Source: a virus. From it: a stretch of DNA of 64,000 bases. This document shows, in pieces, positions 8,305 through 17,532 of this stretch. The stretch covers positions 64,001 through 128,000 of IMG/VR virus record IMGVR_UViG_3300043185_000099, one strand, 5' to 3'. How positions within the stretch are numbered: the stretch's first letter is position 1; every line of letters starts with the position of its first letter. The position numbers were made by a program, and so were the translations under genes. The notes beneath the pieces are model-generated. The model searched no databases. It saw only the letters and a program-made list of their open reading frames with translations, and was not told the DNA's origin.

Positions 8305-11300
8305 TCACGGCCCGAGCGACTCCGTCCCGAAGAAGAGGATGGTGGTGGTGTTCGACACTGTGTCGTAGAGCTGGCCGAAGACGCTCCATCCCACGCTACC
8401 GTCCGGGCTCTCGAACGAAGGTGTTTCTGGGCCCAACGGCGTGAACAAGATAGCGCCGCCCAAATTGCCTCCCGGAGGTGCGTCTCCTCCACTGGCCTTG
8501 AGGAAGACGCTAGGCAGGGCGTTGCCGAACCCGTCCTTGGGGCCGTCGCTGAACGTGATAGGCTGCGTCTCCGTGAACGCGAGGCCCGACAGCGCCATCC
8601 CGATGAGCCCGTTTCCAATGTCCCCAGGCTCATTGCCAGGATGACCAGCCTCTGCTGCGCCAGGAATGCCGTCGTCGCAGAATGGCGAGATCAAGCATGT
8701 CTCGCCTGCGGACACCTCGCAGAAGTCGATCTCCTCGTACTGAATTTTGGGGTCCGAGCTGAAGTCGATGAAGCGGAACGGGTCGTTGAGGATGAAGTCG
8801 GGGTCGGTGTTGAGGACGTCGTTCGGGTCGTTGATGCGGGAGCCCCAAGCCAAGAACTTCACGTCCTTGCCGACCTGCGCTGTCTCGTACGGTGGCGTGC
8901 CCTCGTTGAGCAGGGTGGTACCGTCCAAGAGCGGCTGCGAGCATAGATATGTCTTGGTGAGCGGCTTGCCTGGCCCATACTGCACCGTGACCGGTACCTC
9001 GGTGGCGAGAGGGTAGCCGAAAGCGTCCGGAACATAGAAATCCGTAACCGGAAACTCCGTTCCCACGCCGTACGGCAGGGGGAAGTTGGGATCGTTGAGA
9101 CTCGGGTTGATGACGTTCGGATCGGGCTCGTCTGGGCCATCTTGGGAGGGGAACCACCCGAGAGTCTGGGACGACGTGATCGTGATGACCTGCGTAGTTG
9201 GATCGAACGTGAAGCTACCAGGCATGTACACGACGGTGGCTCCCGCCGCATTTACGAACGAAAATCCAAACACCCTATCTGCAGTGATGTTGAGAGCCGT
9301 CAGAACAATGGTCTGAGAGTTGCTGGATACCACGACGCCGGACTCGACGGTCACATCATTGTTGAATTCGCCACTGGTGATGACGTTGTACTGGTTCAAC
9401 ACCATGTGCGGCGGCATGATGATGTTTTCCGTCGCGTACCTGTAGATCCGGTAGCGAACCTCGTCGATCCGCGTCTGCACGATGGACCGGGGATCCAGAG
9501 CGCCGAAGGACACGTAGCCCAGTGAGGTGTCGGCGGAAACCCTAGGCAGGTTTCGATATTCCACGTTGATCCATCCGGCGCTCGGCTCGGTGAACTGCGT
9601 GGCGAAGTCTCCGGTGAAGTACGGAGGAGGCGGGAGGTCTGGACGCAAGATGGTCACGCCCCAGCCGGGATCCCGATGGATGCGAACCTTGATTCGGCTT
9701 CGCCAGTCCATGTCGACGATCACCGCCGCGAGATCGGAGTTCGGCACGTCGAATGTGTCCGTGCGGGGCAGTTCCCAGTCGTTGATGTCGTTCGCGTCAC
9801 CCCCCAAGAACACGCCGAGCGTTCGTCTGGCGGTCGGCGGAGGTACCACGGTTACAGCCATGTCCTCGACTTCCGCTGTCATTGTCGTCGTCAGCCCAGC
9901 GAACCCAAGAGTCGCCTGTGTGTCCGTTGACGAAAGAGCAAAGAGATTCAAATCCGCTGTCCCACGAACAACGTCGTCCACGATGAGGGTGACAGTGCCT
10001 GTATCGACATCAGCGATCGCGCGGTAGTCGTGGACCTGACCGTCGTTCCAAGCCACATCGAAGGCGGTGACTTGCAGGCCAGTCTCCAGGGAGAACAACT
10101 GTACCTGCGACGGAATCACGCCGACGGCCACGCGAAGCTGGATACCTACTCCCCTCGCTGCGCCCACGGGACCGACATCTGAGCCAAAGAAAATGCCCGT
10201 GTCGCCCAGTAGATCGCTCGTCGACACCTGGAACACCTGGATTCGCGCCTCGATGATGCGTCCATCTCCTGGTAGAGGATCACCAACCAGATCAAGCGCG
10301 TAGACGACGGTTTGACCGAGATCCTGGGCGAACTGGAGGCGATGTCCCTGCACGCGCTCCGTGGTGAGCATCCCCGTCTTGATCCATCCCTGCTGGTCTG
10401 GGAGCAGGAGACCGGACAGAGACACGCTGGGCAAGAAAAGGAGCTTGTGCTCGGCAGCCGTATCCTCGAAGAGGATCGTCGCCAAGCGCACTTCCCGGAG
10501 ACCATCTCGCACAATGTAAAGGAGATCTCCCGCGCCGAGGATGCCACTGTCGACCTGGAATGTGGAGTCCACGTCAATCGCCATGTACCGCGTCAAGAAT
10601 GGCTCGATCCGGGCGTACCCGATGCTGAGGTCTTGGCCCTCCACTCCCAGCTCTTCGTTGGAACACGTGGCCTTGAGAAGAAGCCGATCCCCAGTAGAAT
10701 CGATCTGCCGTGTCCCGAAATCTTGTGTCAGGAACCACACATTGTTGGGATCATCCTCGGGCAACGAGTTCATCTCGGCCGCGACGACGATCTGGCGGAA
10801 ATTGAACATCGTCGCGCCGGGAGTGATTCCGTAGCGTACGAAATGCCAGTTACTCAGGTTGCTAGCGCGTCTGTCGAGCGAACCCCAGAACACCTCCCCA
10901 CTTTGGCCTGTCGGGTAGAGCAAGACACCGTCGGGAGGGACCGCAAAGGGAGGGGCACCATCCAAAGCGAGAGCTTTCCCGGCGAGATTTCCTCCAACAT
11001 AGAGTTCTGCGTAGCCGTTGGGGGTGGCCTTGACGTCGTGCTTGACGACCAGACGATATGTGAGTGGTCTTCCCGGAGTCTCATCCCCATCCCAACGCAC
11101 CTCGAAGTAGGCTGCGAAGTTCCGATTTCCGAACACAGATGGATTGGCCGGAAACGTCGCGTCGGACGTGATTGTGACGGTGCTCGTGCCGTCCGTCTGG
11201 TCGACAATCTCGATGACCTCGTAGATCCCTGCTTGGGTGCCGTCCAGGATCTGGATACGCACGATGTCGTCGGACATGACGCGCTCTCTCGCCAGTCGAG

Positions 11301-13803
11301 GTACTGAGTCGCTCGTCGTGGTGAACGTGGTGGCATTCAGGATCGCAATGTCGATGCGATAGGCGATTTGCCAGCTCTCGGCTTTCTCCGGGAAGGCCGG
11401 CTTGACAAGCATCCCCAAGTGCTGCACACCGTTGATCAAGAGCATGCCGGCCAAATAGAGGTGATTGTCTGTGTGGCAACCGAAACCGACGCCGGTGAAG
11501 ACTCCGTCGGGCGCAGGAAGTGCGGTACCGTCTGGCGCCACCGAAGGCAGCACCTGAACCCTAACCACGAGAATGACAGACTCCGGGAAACGGACATCGA
11601 TCGGCAACTCGTAGAAGGTGACGTTGCCAGTGCCGTACGGCCCGCTGGTCGTCTTGTAGATCTGGAAGAATCCAGCGTTGGTCGCGTTCGGATCGATGTT
11701 GAGGACCGGGGGCGACGGTGAAGGAGTTCGTTCACCGATCAACGTCCATGCGGGGGTCGATATTGTCGGATCCTCAGTCCCCTCGTAAAAGACAACGACA
11801 CCTTCTGCGTCCTCTTCCTCGTCACTCAGAGCCACTTGGTGAGGGTTCCGGTTAAGCAGCAGAGTCGTGGGGCTGTTGAGGGCAGCGGTGTAGGGCTTCT
11901 GGAACGCAACGAACCTCGGACTGCGCAGGAGAGGCAATCGGATCGGACGTGGGCCAAGGACGAGCCCCATCGGAAACCGGGAGAATTCAATGCCGTTCGT
12001 GCCTCCGCCAGGCAGACCGACCCCAGCGCTGTTGCCCCCGGTAGGACAGCGCGGTGTGCAATCGTACTTGTTGAGGACGAGGCCGAGCGTGTTGAGCCCA
12101 GCCATGTCCATGATCGGCGACGGAAACCAGATGTAGTCGACAAGGACCTCCATGATGCCCGGAGGCATGAGGGGAAGTGGGATGGTCAGGAAGATCTTCC
12201 CGTAGTACGGATTCACCTCGGCAACCTCGACCGGTATGCCGTTCACGTAAACCACGACATCTTGCTTGGTTGCCGGAGTTGCGTTCCCCCATCCTTTCAC
12301 CAGCGGTCCCTTGCTGGTCAGCAAGTAGTCCTTGGCGAGCGCGTTACTCCCCACGAATGGTCCCTGCTGGTTGTGGAGGAAGTTCCACGCCGCCGAGAAC
12401 ACGGTTTGTGTGGCGGTGAAGAGAACGTGACGCAGGGGAAAGTCCTGGATCTGGTGGACTCCAGCAGGGTCCAGATGGAACTGGATGCCCGGAGGCAGGC
12501 CTGGCGGACCCGTGAAGCTGGGCGTGAGTCCAGCGACGATAGGTTCTCCGTTGACGACGACCGCGTATGTGTCGGCCTTCTGGTTACGGACGAGAGAGAC
12601 TGTCGTCTCAACCGTGCTCCACGCGATGGAACTGGATGCCGTGAACGCCCCAGACTCGACATCGATGGTGTCAATACCCGCGACGCGGCGGAACGACAGC
12701 GCGACCTGGATTGCCCCGTCGCTGACGAGGATAAGGACCACGGGATCCGAGCCGGGTGCGGGTGAGATGAGCGTGGCCTCGGACGCATCGAACGTTACAT
12801 CCACGCGGTAACTAGAGTTGGGAAGTAGGCGTCCACTCGTATCCAAAAGTCTCCAACCGTATGAGAACCCGATCGCCTTAGACAGTAGGATCTCGTCCGT
12901 TCCCTGCGTGGTTGTGCCCGAGCCGAGTTCCTGCGCCGCGAAGTCGGCTTGCGGGGCGTTGGGCAGAAACGTCGCCGGATAGTCGAAAGCGGTCGCTGGA
13001 CTGACGACGCCCGTGTAACTGGCCGATGTCATGCCGATCACGTCGAGCTTGACCAGCTTGAGATCGCCAAGATAGGGATGCGTAACGGCCGTGGGGATGA
13101 TGGTTTGCGGGAACGTCGTCTGGAAACCATAGGCGTCGAGCTGCAGGATGCCAGGCGAGAACCCCGCCTCGTCCAGCATGTCGTACTCGAACTGGTACAG
13201 CAGCTCCGTTCCGGAAATGGGAAGGATGGTGAACGGCGGCGGCTCCCCCTTGCAGAGAACTTGTGCTTGGTTGAGCGGAGCGTACGCGGCGATCTCAGTA
13301 CCGCTGATGTCCCGGGGACCAGAGACGACAACGAGATAAAGTCCTCCAAGTGTCGTCCCCGTGTGATGTAGAATCACGGACGTAGGGCCCCACACGCCAG
13401 CCACGCCGATCTCAACGCTAAGGACCGTGGCCGGAGCCGCACCAGTAATGTCGACGAGAGTGTAGCTTGCGGGATCAAAGAGGTCGGCGTCTGGCGACAT
13501 CTCGTTGGAGAAGAAGACCTCGATGATGAACCCGGTGATCGAGATCGCCGCGATGACCTCAGGAGGGACAAGACCCCCGATGCACCCGTAGGGCCCGTAG
13601 CCGTAAGCGCAACCGCCGTAACCTCCGGTGATAGCTATCGTCGGGGCACCGAAACTGCCGAGCGATCCGTATGAGCTAGTGCCGTACGCGAAACCCCCGT
13701 ACCCTCCCATAGGCGTGCCGGTGGGCAGGAGAACCCCGCCAAGGCCTCCATAGGGCCCCAGCCCGAAGGGATCAAGTCCGTAGCCGAGAACTGGGTCGGG
13801 CAT
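8305..13803 (-). CDS. Very large virion structural protein with N-terminal GYG/YG repeats, 1832 aa
   Basis: Uninterrupted ORF in the baseplate/fibre cluster. Three GYGxxx(Y/F)GxxxYG repeats at the N-terminus, then beta-rich, lectin/Ig-like-looking segments. Confidence 0.75.
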   Translation of the reverse strand: MPDPVLGYGLDPFGLGPYGGLGGVLLPTGTPMGGYGGFAYGTSSYGSLGSFGAPTIAITGGYGGCAYGYGPYGCIGGLVPPEVIAAISITGFIIEVFFSNEMSPDADLFDPASYTLVDITGAAPATVLSVEIGVAGVWGPTSVILHHTGTTLGGLYLVVVSGPRDISGTEIAAYAPLNQAQVLCKGEPPPFTILPISGTELLYQFEYDMLDEAGFSPGILQLDAYGFQTTFPQTIIPTAVTHPYLGDLKLVKLDVIGMTSASYTGVVSPATAFDYPATFLPNAPQADFAAQELGSGTTTQGTDEILLSKAIGFSYGWRLLDTSGRLLPNSSYRVDVTFDASEATLISPAPGSDPVVLILVSDGAIQVALSFRRVAGIDTIDVESGAFTASSSIAWSTVETTVSLVRNQKADTYAVVVNGEPIVAGLTPSFTGPPGLPPGIQFHLDPAGVHQIQDFPLRHVLFTATQTVFSAAWNFLHNQQGPFVGSNALAKDYLLTSKGPLVKGWGNATPATKQDVVVYVNGIPVEVAEVNPYYGKIFLTIPLPLMPPGIMEVLVDYIWFPSPIMDMAGLNTLGLVLNKYDCTPRCPTGGNSAGVGLPGGGTNGIEFSRFPMGLVLGPRPIRLPLLRSPRFVAFQKPYTAALNSPTTLLLNRNPHQVALSDEEEDAEGVVVFYEGTEDPTISTPAWTLIGERTPSPSPPVLNIDPNATNAGFFQIYKTTSGPYGTGNVTFYELPIDVRFPESVILVVRVQVLPSVAPDGTALPAPDGVFTGVGFGCHTDNHLYLAGMLLINGVQHLGMLVKPAFPEKAESWQIAYRIDIAILNATTFTTTSDSVPRLARERVMSDDIVRIQILDGTQAGIYEVIEIVDQTDGTSTVTITSDATFPANPSVFGNRNFAAYFEVRWDGDETPGRPLTYRLVVKHDVKATPNGYAELYVGGNLAGKALALDGAPPFAVPPDGVLLYPTGQSGEVFWGSLDRRASNLSNWHFVRYGITPGATMFNFRQIVVAAEMNSLPEDDPNNVWFLTQDFGTRQIDSTGDRLLLKATCSNEELGVEGQDLSIGYARIEPFLTRYMAIDVDSTFQVDSGILGAGDLLYIVRDGLREVRLATILFEDTAAEHKLLFLPSVSLSGLLLPDQQGWIKTGMLTTERVQGHRLQFAQDLGQTVVYALDLVGDPLPGDGRIIEARIQVFQVSTSDLLGDTGIFFGSDVGPVGAARGVGIQLRVAVGVIPSQVQLFSLETGLQVTAFDVAWNDGQVHDYRAIADVDTGTVTLIVDDVVRGTADLNLFALSSTDTQATLGFAGLTTTMTAEVEDMAVTVVPPPTARRTLGVFLGGDANDINDWELPRTDTFDVPNSDLAAVIVDMDWRSRIKVRIHRDPGWGVTILRPDLPPPPYFTGDFATQFTEPSAGWINVEYRNLPRVSADTSLGYVSFGALDPRSIVQTRIDEVRYRIYRYATENIIMPPHMVLNQYNVITSGEFNNDVTVESGVVVSSNSQTIVLTALNITADRVFGFSFVNAAGATVVYMPGSFTFDPTTQVITITSSQTLGWFPSQDGPDEPDPNVINPSLNDPNFPLPYGVGTEFPVTDFYVPDAFGYPLATEVPVTVQYGPGKPLTKTYLCSQPLLDGTTLLNEGTPPYETAQVGKDVKFLAWGSRINDPNDVLNTDPDFILNDPFRFIDFSSDPKIQYEEIDFCEVSAGETCLISPFCDDGIPGAAEAGHPGNEPGDIGNGLIGMALSGLAFTETQPITFSDGPKDGFGNALPSVFLKASGGDAPPGGNLGGAILFTPLGPETPSFESPDGSVGWSVFGQLYDTVSNTTTILFFGTESLGP

Positions 13804-13832
13804 CTCTCACAGCGCAAAATGGGGAATGGGAA

Positions 13833-16067
13833 CTAGATGCTACCTGTCAGGGAGATCACAAGACCATCCGATCCGGGCGGAGCGAATCCGGGCCATGTAA
13901 TCATGATTTGGAGAATCGTAGCGGGCGGGAAAGCAAATGGACCGGGCCCGAGGGGGACGGGGAAAAGCACGGGCGGCGGAGGAAGTAAGCCAAGGTCGAA
14001 TGGTGCCGCGAGGATTGACACGGGCGCTCCTGGAGGCCCCATGAGAACGTCCAAGAACGTGCCCAGAGGCAACGGACCTCCGACGTCGAAGTACACGAAC
14101 AGCGGACCGACGCCACCGGGAAAACTGAAGCCTCCGGCGAAGTTATTGATGTCGAACTCGTTGACGATGATCGGCGGAACGAACGGTGTCGTCGGCACCA
14201 ACATCTGGCGCGAGTAGTTGAACTCGACGGAACCACTCGCAGCCGCGGAGAGACGTCCCTGCGCGTCGACCGTGAGGTTCGTCCTCGTGTAGGATCCGGG
14301 GATCACCCCAGTGGCCGTGAGGTTGACCGAGATTGGGCCATCGTCGACGCCACTGTTGACGATGGTGGTCCCCACGCCAGCAGCCAGGACGCGGTTGTCC
14401 GTGAGGGCCGCCGCGATGGCGTGCGTGATGAACGGCGCCGTGCTGGGGGCCGCGCCTCCACCGCCTCCTCCGGCGATCTCGTCGATGGCGTCCTGCACGT
14501 TCTCGCTGACGAGACCGGAGACGGTGTTGTCGTAGAAAATCGACGATGCCTTCGTCAGAGCAGTGAGCGTGACGATGCCCACCACGGTAATGACACCGTC
14601 CTCCGTCGATCCGCGCCGGAGGGCGGCGGATCCGGCCACGCCGGTCGAGTCCATGGAGATGCCAAGGAACGACGTAGGCACGTTGCTGGTGTCGCCCAGG
14701 AGCGTGCGGCGCAGCGTCACGATCAGGTTGCCCGCAGCCCCCGTAGCGTCCGGATTGCCCTCGACGGCGTCGGTGATCGTCGGGCTCTCGACGGTCACCT
14801 CGCAGTCGTCCATCACGAAATCCTCTGACCACGTCTGCAGGGCGTAGGACGAGAGGGCGATGCCCGTCTGGTGGAGCTTCGTGTAGGAGAGATAAGCGGT
14901 GTTCAGTCCGACCTTGTTCGGGTCCACTTGGCCGATGCTCGGTCCGATGAACATGCTGTCACGGGCGAACAGGCGCGCGGAGTTGCCGACGGAGGACTGG
15001 ACGATGAACGCCTGAGACGTGCCGCTGAACGCGTCCTCCTGCACGACTCGTACATCCTGCAGGAACGCGCGCCCCTTCTCGACGGAGAGTCCTGCTCCCT
15101 GGTTCGGTGCTCCTCCTCCCGCCTGGAGAAGCTCCACGTTGGTGAGGTACACGTCGCCGCTGCCGATCTTGCGAAGCAACGCGTTCGTGGTCGCGCCCAC
15201 GTTCTCGAGCACGACGTTTGCGATCATGCAGTACTCGCCGGAGTTCGGCAGGTTCGCCGTGTGCGTGCCCGTCGGAGGGCCGCCAGCGTTGGCGCAGCGG
15301 ATGGTGACGGAGCGGTCGAAGTCGGGGTGCTCGCCGGTCCCCCCGCCCGTGCTGGGCCATCCGATCACGTGGATGTACGGCTGGAACTGCACGTCCTCCA
15401 CGTAGAACCCGGGCCGCACGGCGATGATCATCGGCTGCGTCGCCGAGGGTGGGATCGTGCCGTTGAACGCAGCGTTCGTCTGCGCGGCGAGGATGGCCGC
15501 ACCGATGCTAGAGAAGTCCGCGTAGCCCTCCGCGACGGCCGGATCGTTCTGCGCGTGCAGGTTGTCCTTGCCACGGTTCGCGTCGACGTAGATGATCCGA
15601 CCCGACGCACTTACGTGGGAGATCAGGAACAGCAAATTGTTGATGTTGAAGTTCTGATCGTTGGCCCATCCCTCGGCGGAGACGTCGACGGGGATGATGC
15701 CTGATCCATCGCGACGCTCTCCGGCGGCCACGAGACTGAGGTCCGCGAAGAATGTCAGGTACCGGAGCCGGACGTACTGCTCGTTCTGCGTGGGGAGTCC
15801 CGCGTCGACCACAAGCCTGATGAGATAGGGACCCTCGTTGTCGACGACGAACGTGACAGGCCCCGGACCGAAGATGCCGCCCGCGAGGATGGCGGCCGAC
15901 GGGTTACGGTCCCTGTCCTCCGGCTTGAAGGCGATTGACCACGCGTAGGTCGTCGCTGGGGGCCCAACGTGGTTGAGCGTCACGACGTCGCCGGCACGGA
16001 GGTCGTTGCGGCTCGCCCCGACCACGGGGTTGATGCCGTTTACGAGGCTCTGGATGAGTGCTGGCAT
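13833..16067 (-). CDS. Tail fibre / tailspike-like protein, 744 aa
   Basis: FSSIGAAILAA...IAVRPGFYVED is a beta-helix capping motif. Also ASSIFYDNTVSGLVSENVQDAIDE and TGVIPGSYTRTNLTVDAQGRLSAA fibre-type repeats. Confidence 0.72.
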   Translation of the reverse strand: MPALIQSLVNGINPVVGASRNDLRAGDVVTLNHVGPPATTYAWSIAFKPEDRDRNPSAAILAGGIFGPGPVTFVVDNEGPYLIRLVVDAGLPTQNEQYVRLRYLTFFADLSLVAAGERRDGSGIIPVDVSAEGWANDQNFNINNLLFLISHVSASGRIIYVDANRGKDNLHAQNDPAVAEGYADFSSIGAAILAAQTNAAFNGTIPPSATQPMIIAVRPGFYVEDVQFQPYIHVIGWPSTGGGTGEHPDFDRSVTIRCANAGGPPTGTHTANLPNSGEYCMIANVVLENVGATTNALLRKIGSGDVYLTNVELLQAGGGAPNQGAGLSVEKGRAFLQDVRVVQEDAFSGTSQAFIVQSSVGNSARLFARDSMFIGPSIGQVDPNKVGLNTAYLSYTKLHQTGIALSSYALQTWSEDFVMDDCEVTVESPTITDAVEGNPDATGAAGNLIVTLRRTLLGDTSNVPTSFLGISMDSTGVAGSAALRRGSTEDGVITVVGIVTLTALTKASSIFYDNTVSGLVSENVQDAIDEIAGGGGGGAAPSTAPFITHAIAAALTDNRVLAAGVGTTIVNSGVDDGPISVNLTATGVIPGSYTRTNLTVDAQGRLSAAASGSVEFNYSRQMLVPTTPFVPPIIVNEFDINNFAGGFSFPGGVGPLFVYFDVGGPLPLGTFLDVLMGPPGAPVSILAAPFDLGLLPPPPVLFPVPLGPGPFAFPPATILQIMITWPGFAPPGSDGLVISLTGSI

Positions 16068-16095
16068 GACAATTCCCGGGACGAGCTGGTCCTAT

Positions 16096-16123
16096 CGGTG
16101 CCGTCCCTATAGAGGGGCCACCG
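16096..16123. promoter_or_regulatory. Dyad of the CGGT-N7-CTAT motif on both strands (CGGT-N7-CTATAG-N7-ACCG)
   Basis: Plus strand cggt gccgtcc ctatag aggggcc accg in the 58-nt gap upstream of the 744-aa fibre gene. Confidence 0.55.
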
Positions 16124-16125
16124 AA

Positions 16126-17532
16126 CTAGACGAAGAACTGCGCAGAGACATCCTCCCCGAGCACCGTGAAGGGTGTGCGCACTCCCAGACGCTCCAGGGA
16201 GACACGGTAAGACTGCCCTGTCGCCTCCTGGGGCATCCTCGTGCGGATCTGGACGATGCTGGGCGCGACCCGCACACGCGTCACGCCGGATCCCGGCGGT
16301 ACTTGGCCGACGGGTCCGCCCGCGTTGCCCAGTAGCGTCTCCAGTCGATACTGGCCCGCGTTCGGCCCGGCCGATATCGCGATGGTTTCGCCCTCGACGG
16401 CGTTGGAGAAGTCCTGGGAGTCGTCCTCGATCACGCCGTCGTCCTCGATGGTCGCGAGGCCAGACAACCCAGTCGGCGTCGTCGTGTACGCGCGCGGATT
16501 CGGGTCGGCCCCCGACGGCATCCTCATCACTCCCGTCACCCGGTAACGTCCGAGCGTGGCCGTGTCCGTGCCTCCGTTGGAGGGGCCGCTGTTCGGTCCG
16601 TCGAGCACCTCGAGCGTTGCGCCGGGAGGCACAGACCGGAAGTCGCGGGTCACGTCAGAGAACAGCATCCGGCCCGGGAGAGTCACCCCGGCATCCCCGG
16701 TCAGCTCCTTCATCCCGCAGCAGAACTTGCGGAAGTCCTCGTAGTACCAGGGATCCAACTGGAAGAACGGTTCCGCAGTGAACAAGTCGCCGAAGGCGTC
16801 GAGGAAGAGATGGCGGTACTCGAAGATCGCTTTGGCTGGCTTGAGGGCACGGAGGATGCGGAGGTTGTTGCGGAGCACTCTGAACGGGTCGGTCGGAAAC
16901 CCCGTGCCAAGCTCTCCCTTGATCAGCTCACCCGTCGTGGGGTCGGTGAAGACCGTCAGACACAGGACGTTGATCTCGAACTCGTGCTGCTCGGCAAAAC
17001 CCCACGCGGAGATAGCCCTATGGCTGTAGTCAACCTTGGCGAGAACCTCGACGACAGCCTCGGTGAGGAGCGTGAGACCTTCCTGGACTGTTTCCTCCGT
17101 CGCCCCCTGCAGGAGCAAGATGATCATGCGACGGAGGAACTCGCGATAGGTCAGGTCTCCGTCTACCTCGGGGATCCCCACGGGCGGCTTGGTGGGGTCC
17201 GGAAAGACCAACGTTCCGATCATCTGCCACAGGAATTCCGGACGAGCGAAATCCACGTCCGACTCCAGCCCGACATCTTCCAGCGCAAGCTGCACCTGCG
17301 CCATCTGCTCGGCGAGGGCTTGGTACTGGAGGGCGTAGTAAGCACCCGGGATCTCCGCCACGTAGTTGGAGGGGATAACCTGTTGGAACACGCGGAGAAT
17401 CTGATTCGTGATGTCCCTGAGAGTCCGCACTCCCTGCTGACCATTCACCGTGAGCGGGGCTGGGTTCTGCTCCCGGGTGAAGGGCAAGTAGGGAGACTTC
17501 GGGACAATCGGTGGCTTCTGTTCGTCAGCCAC
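16126..17532 (-). CDS. Baseplate wedge protein (P2 gpI / T4 gp7-like position), 468 aa
   Basis: Directly follows the J-like gene with an overlap. D..YREFLRRMI.LLLQGAT...V and LRALKPAK..F motifs typical of gpI-like wedge proteins. Confidence 0.7.
   Translation of the reverse strand: MADEQKPPIVPKSPYLPFTREQNPAPLTVNGQQGVRTLRDITNQILRVFQQVIPSNYVAEIPGAYYALQYQALAEQMAQVQLALEDVGLESDVDFARPEFLWQMIGTLVFPDPTKPPVGIPEVDGDLTYREFLRRMIILLLQGATEETVQEGLTLLTEAVVEVLAKVDYSHRAISAWGFAEQHEFEINVLCLTVFTDPTTGELIKGELGTGFPTDPFRVLRNNLRILRALKPAKAIFEYRHLFLDAFGDLFTAEPFFQLDPWYYEDFRKFCCGMKELTGDAGVTLPGRMLFSDVTRDFRSVPPGATLEVLDGPNSGPSNGGTDTATLGRYRVTGVMRMPSGADPNPRAYTTTPTGLSGLATIEDDGVIEDDSQDFSNAVEGETIAISAGPNAGQYRLETLLGNAGGPVGQVPPGSGVTRVRVAPSIVQIRTRMPQEATGQSYRVSLERLGVRTPFTVLGEDVSAQFFV

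Noticed and set aside
183-16067. Diversity-generating retroelement or invertase-driven fibre switching
   Set aside because: No reverse transcriptase, template/variable repeat pair or inverted fibre cassette was noticed in the window.
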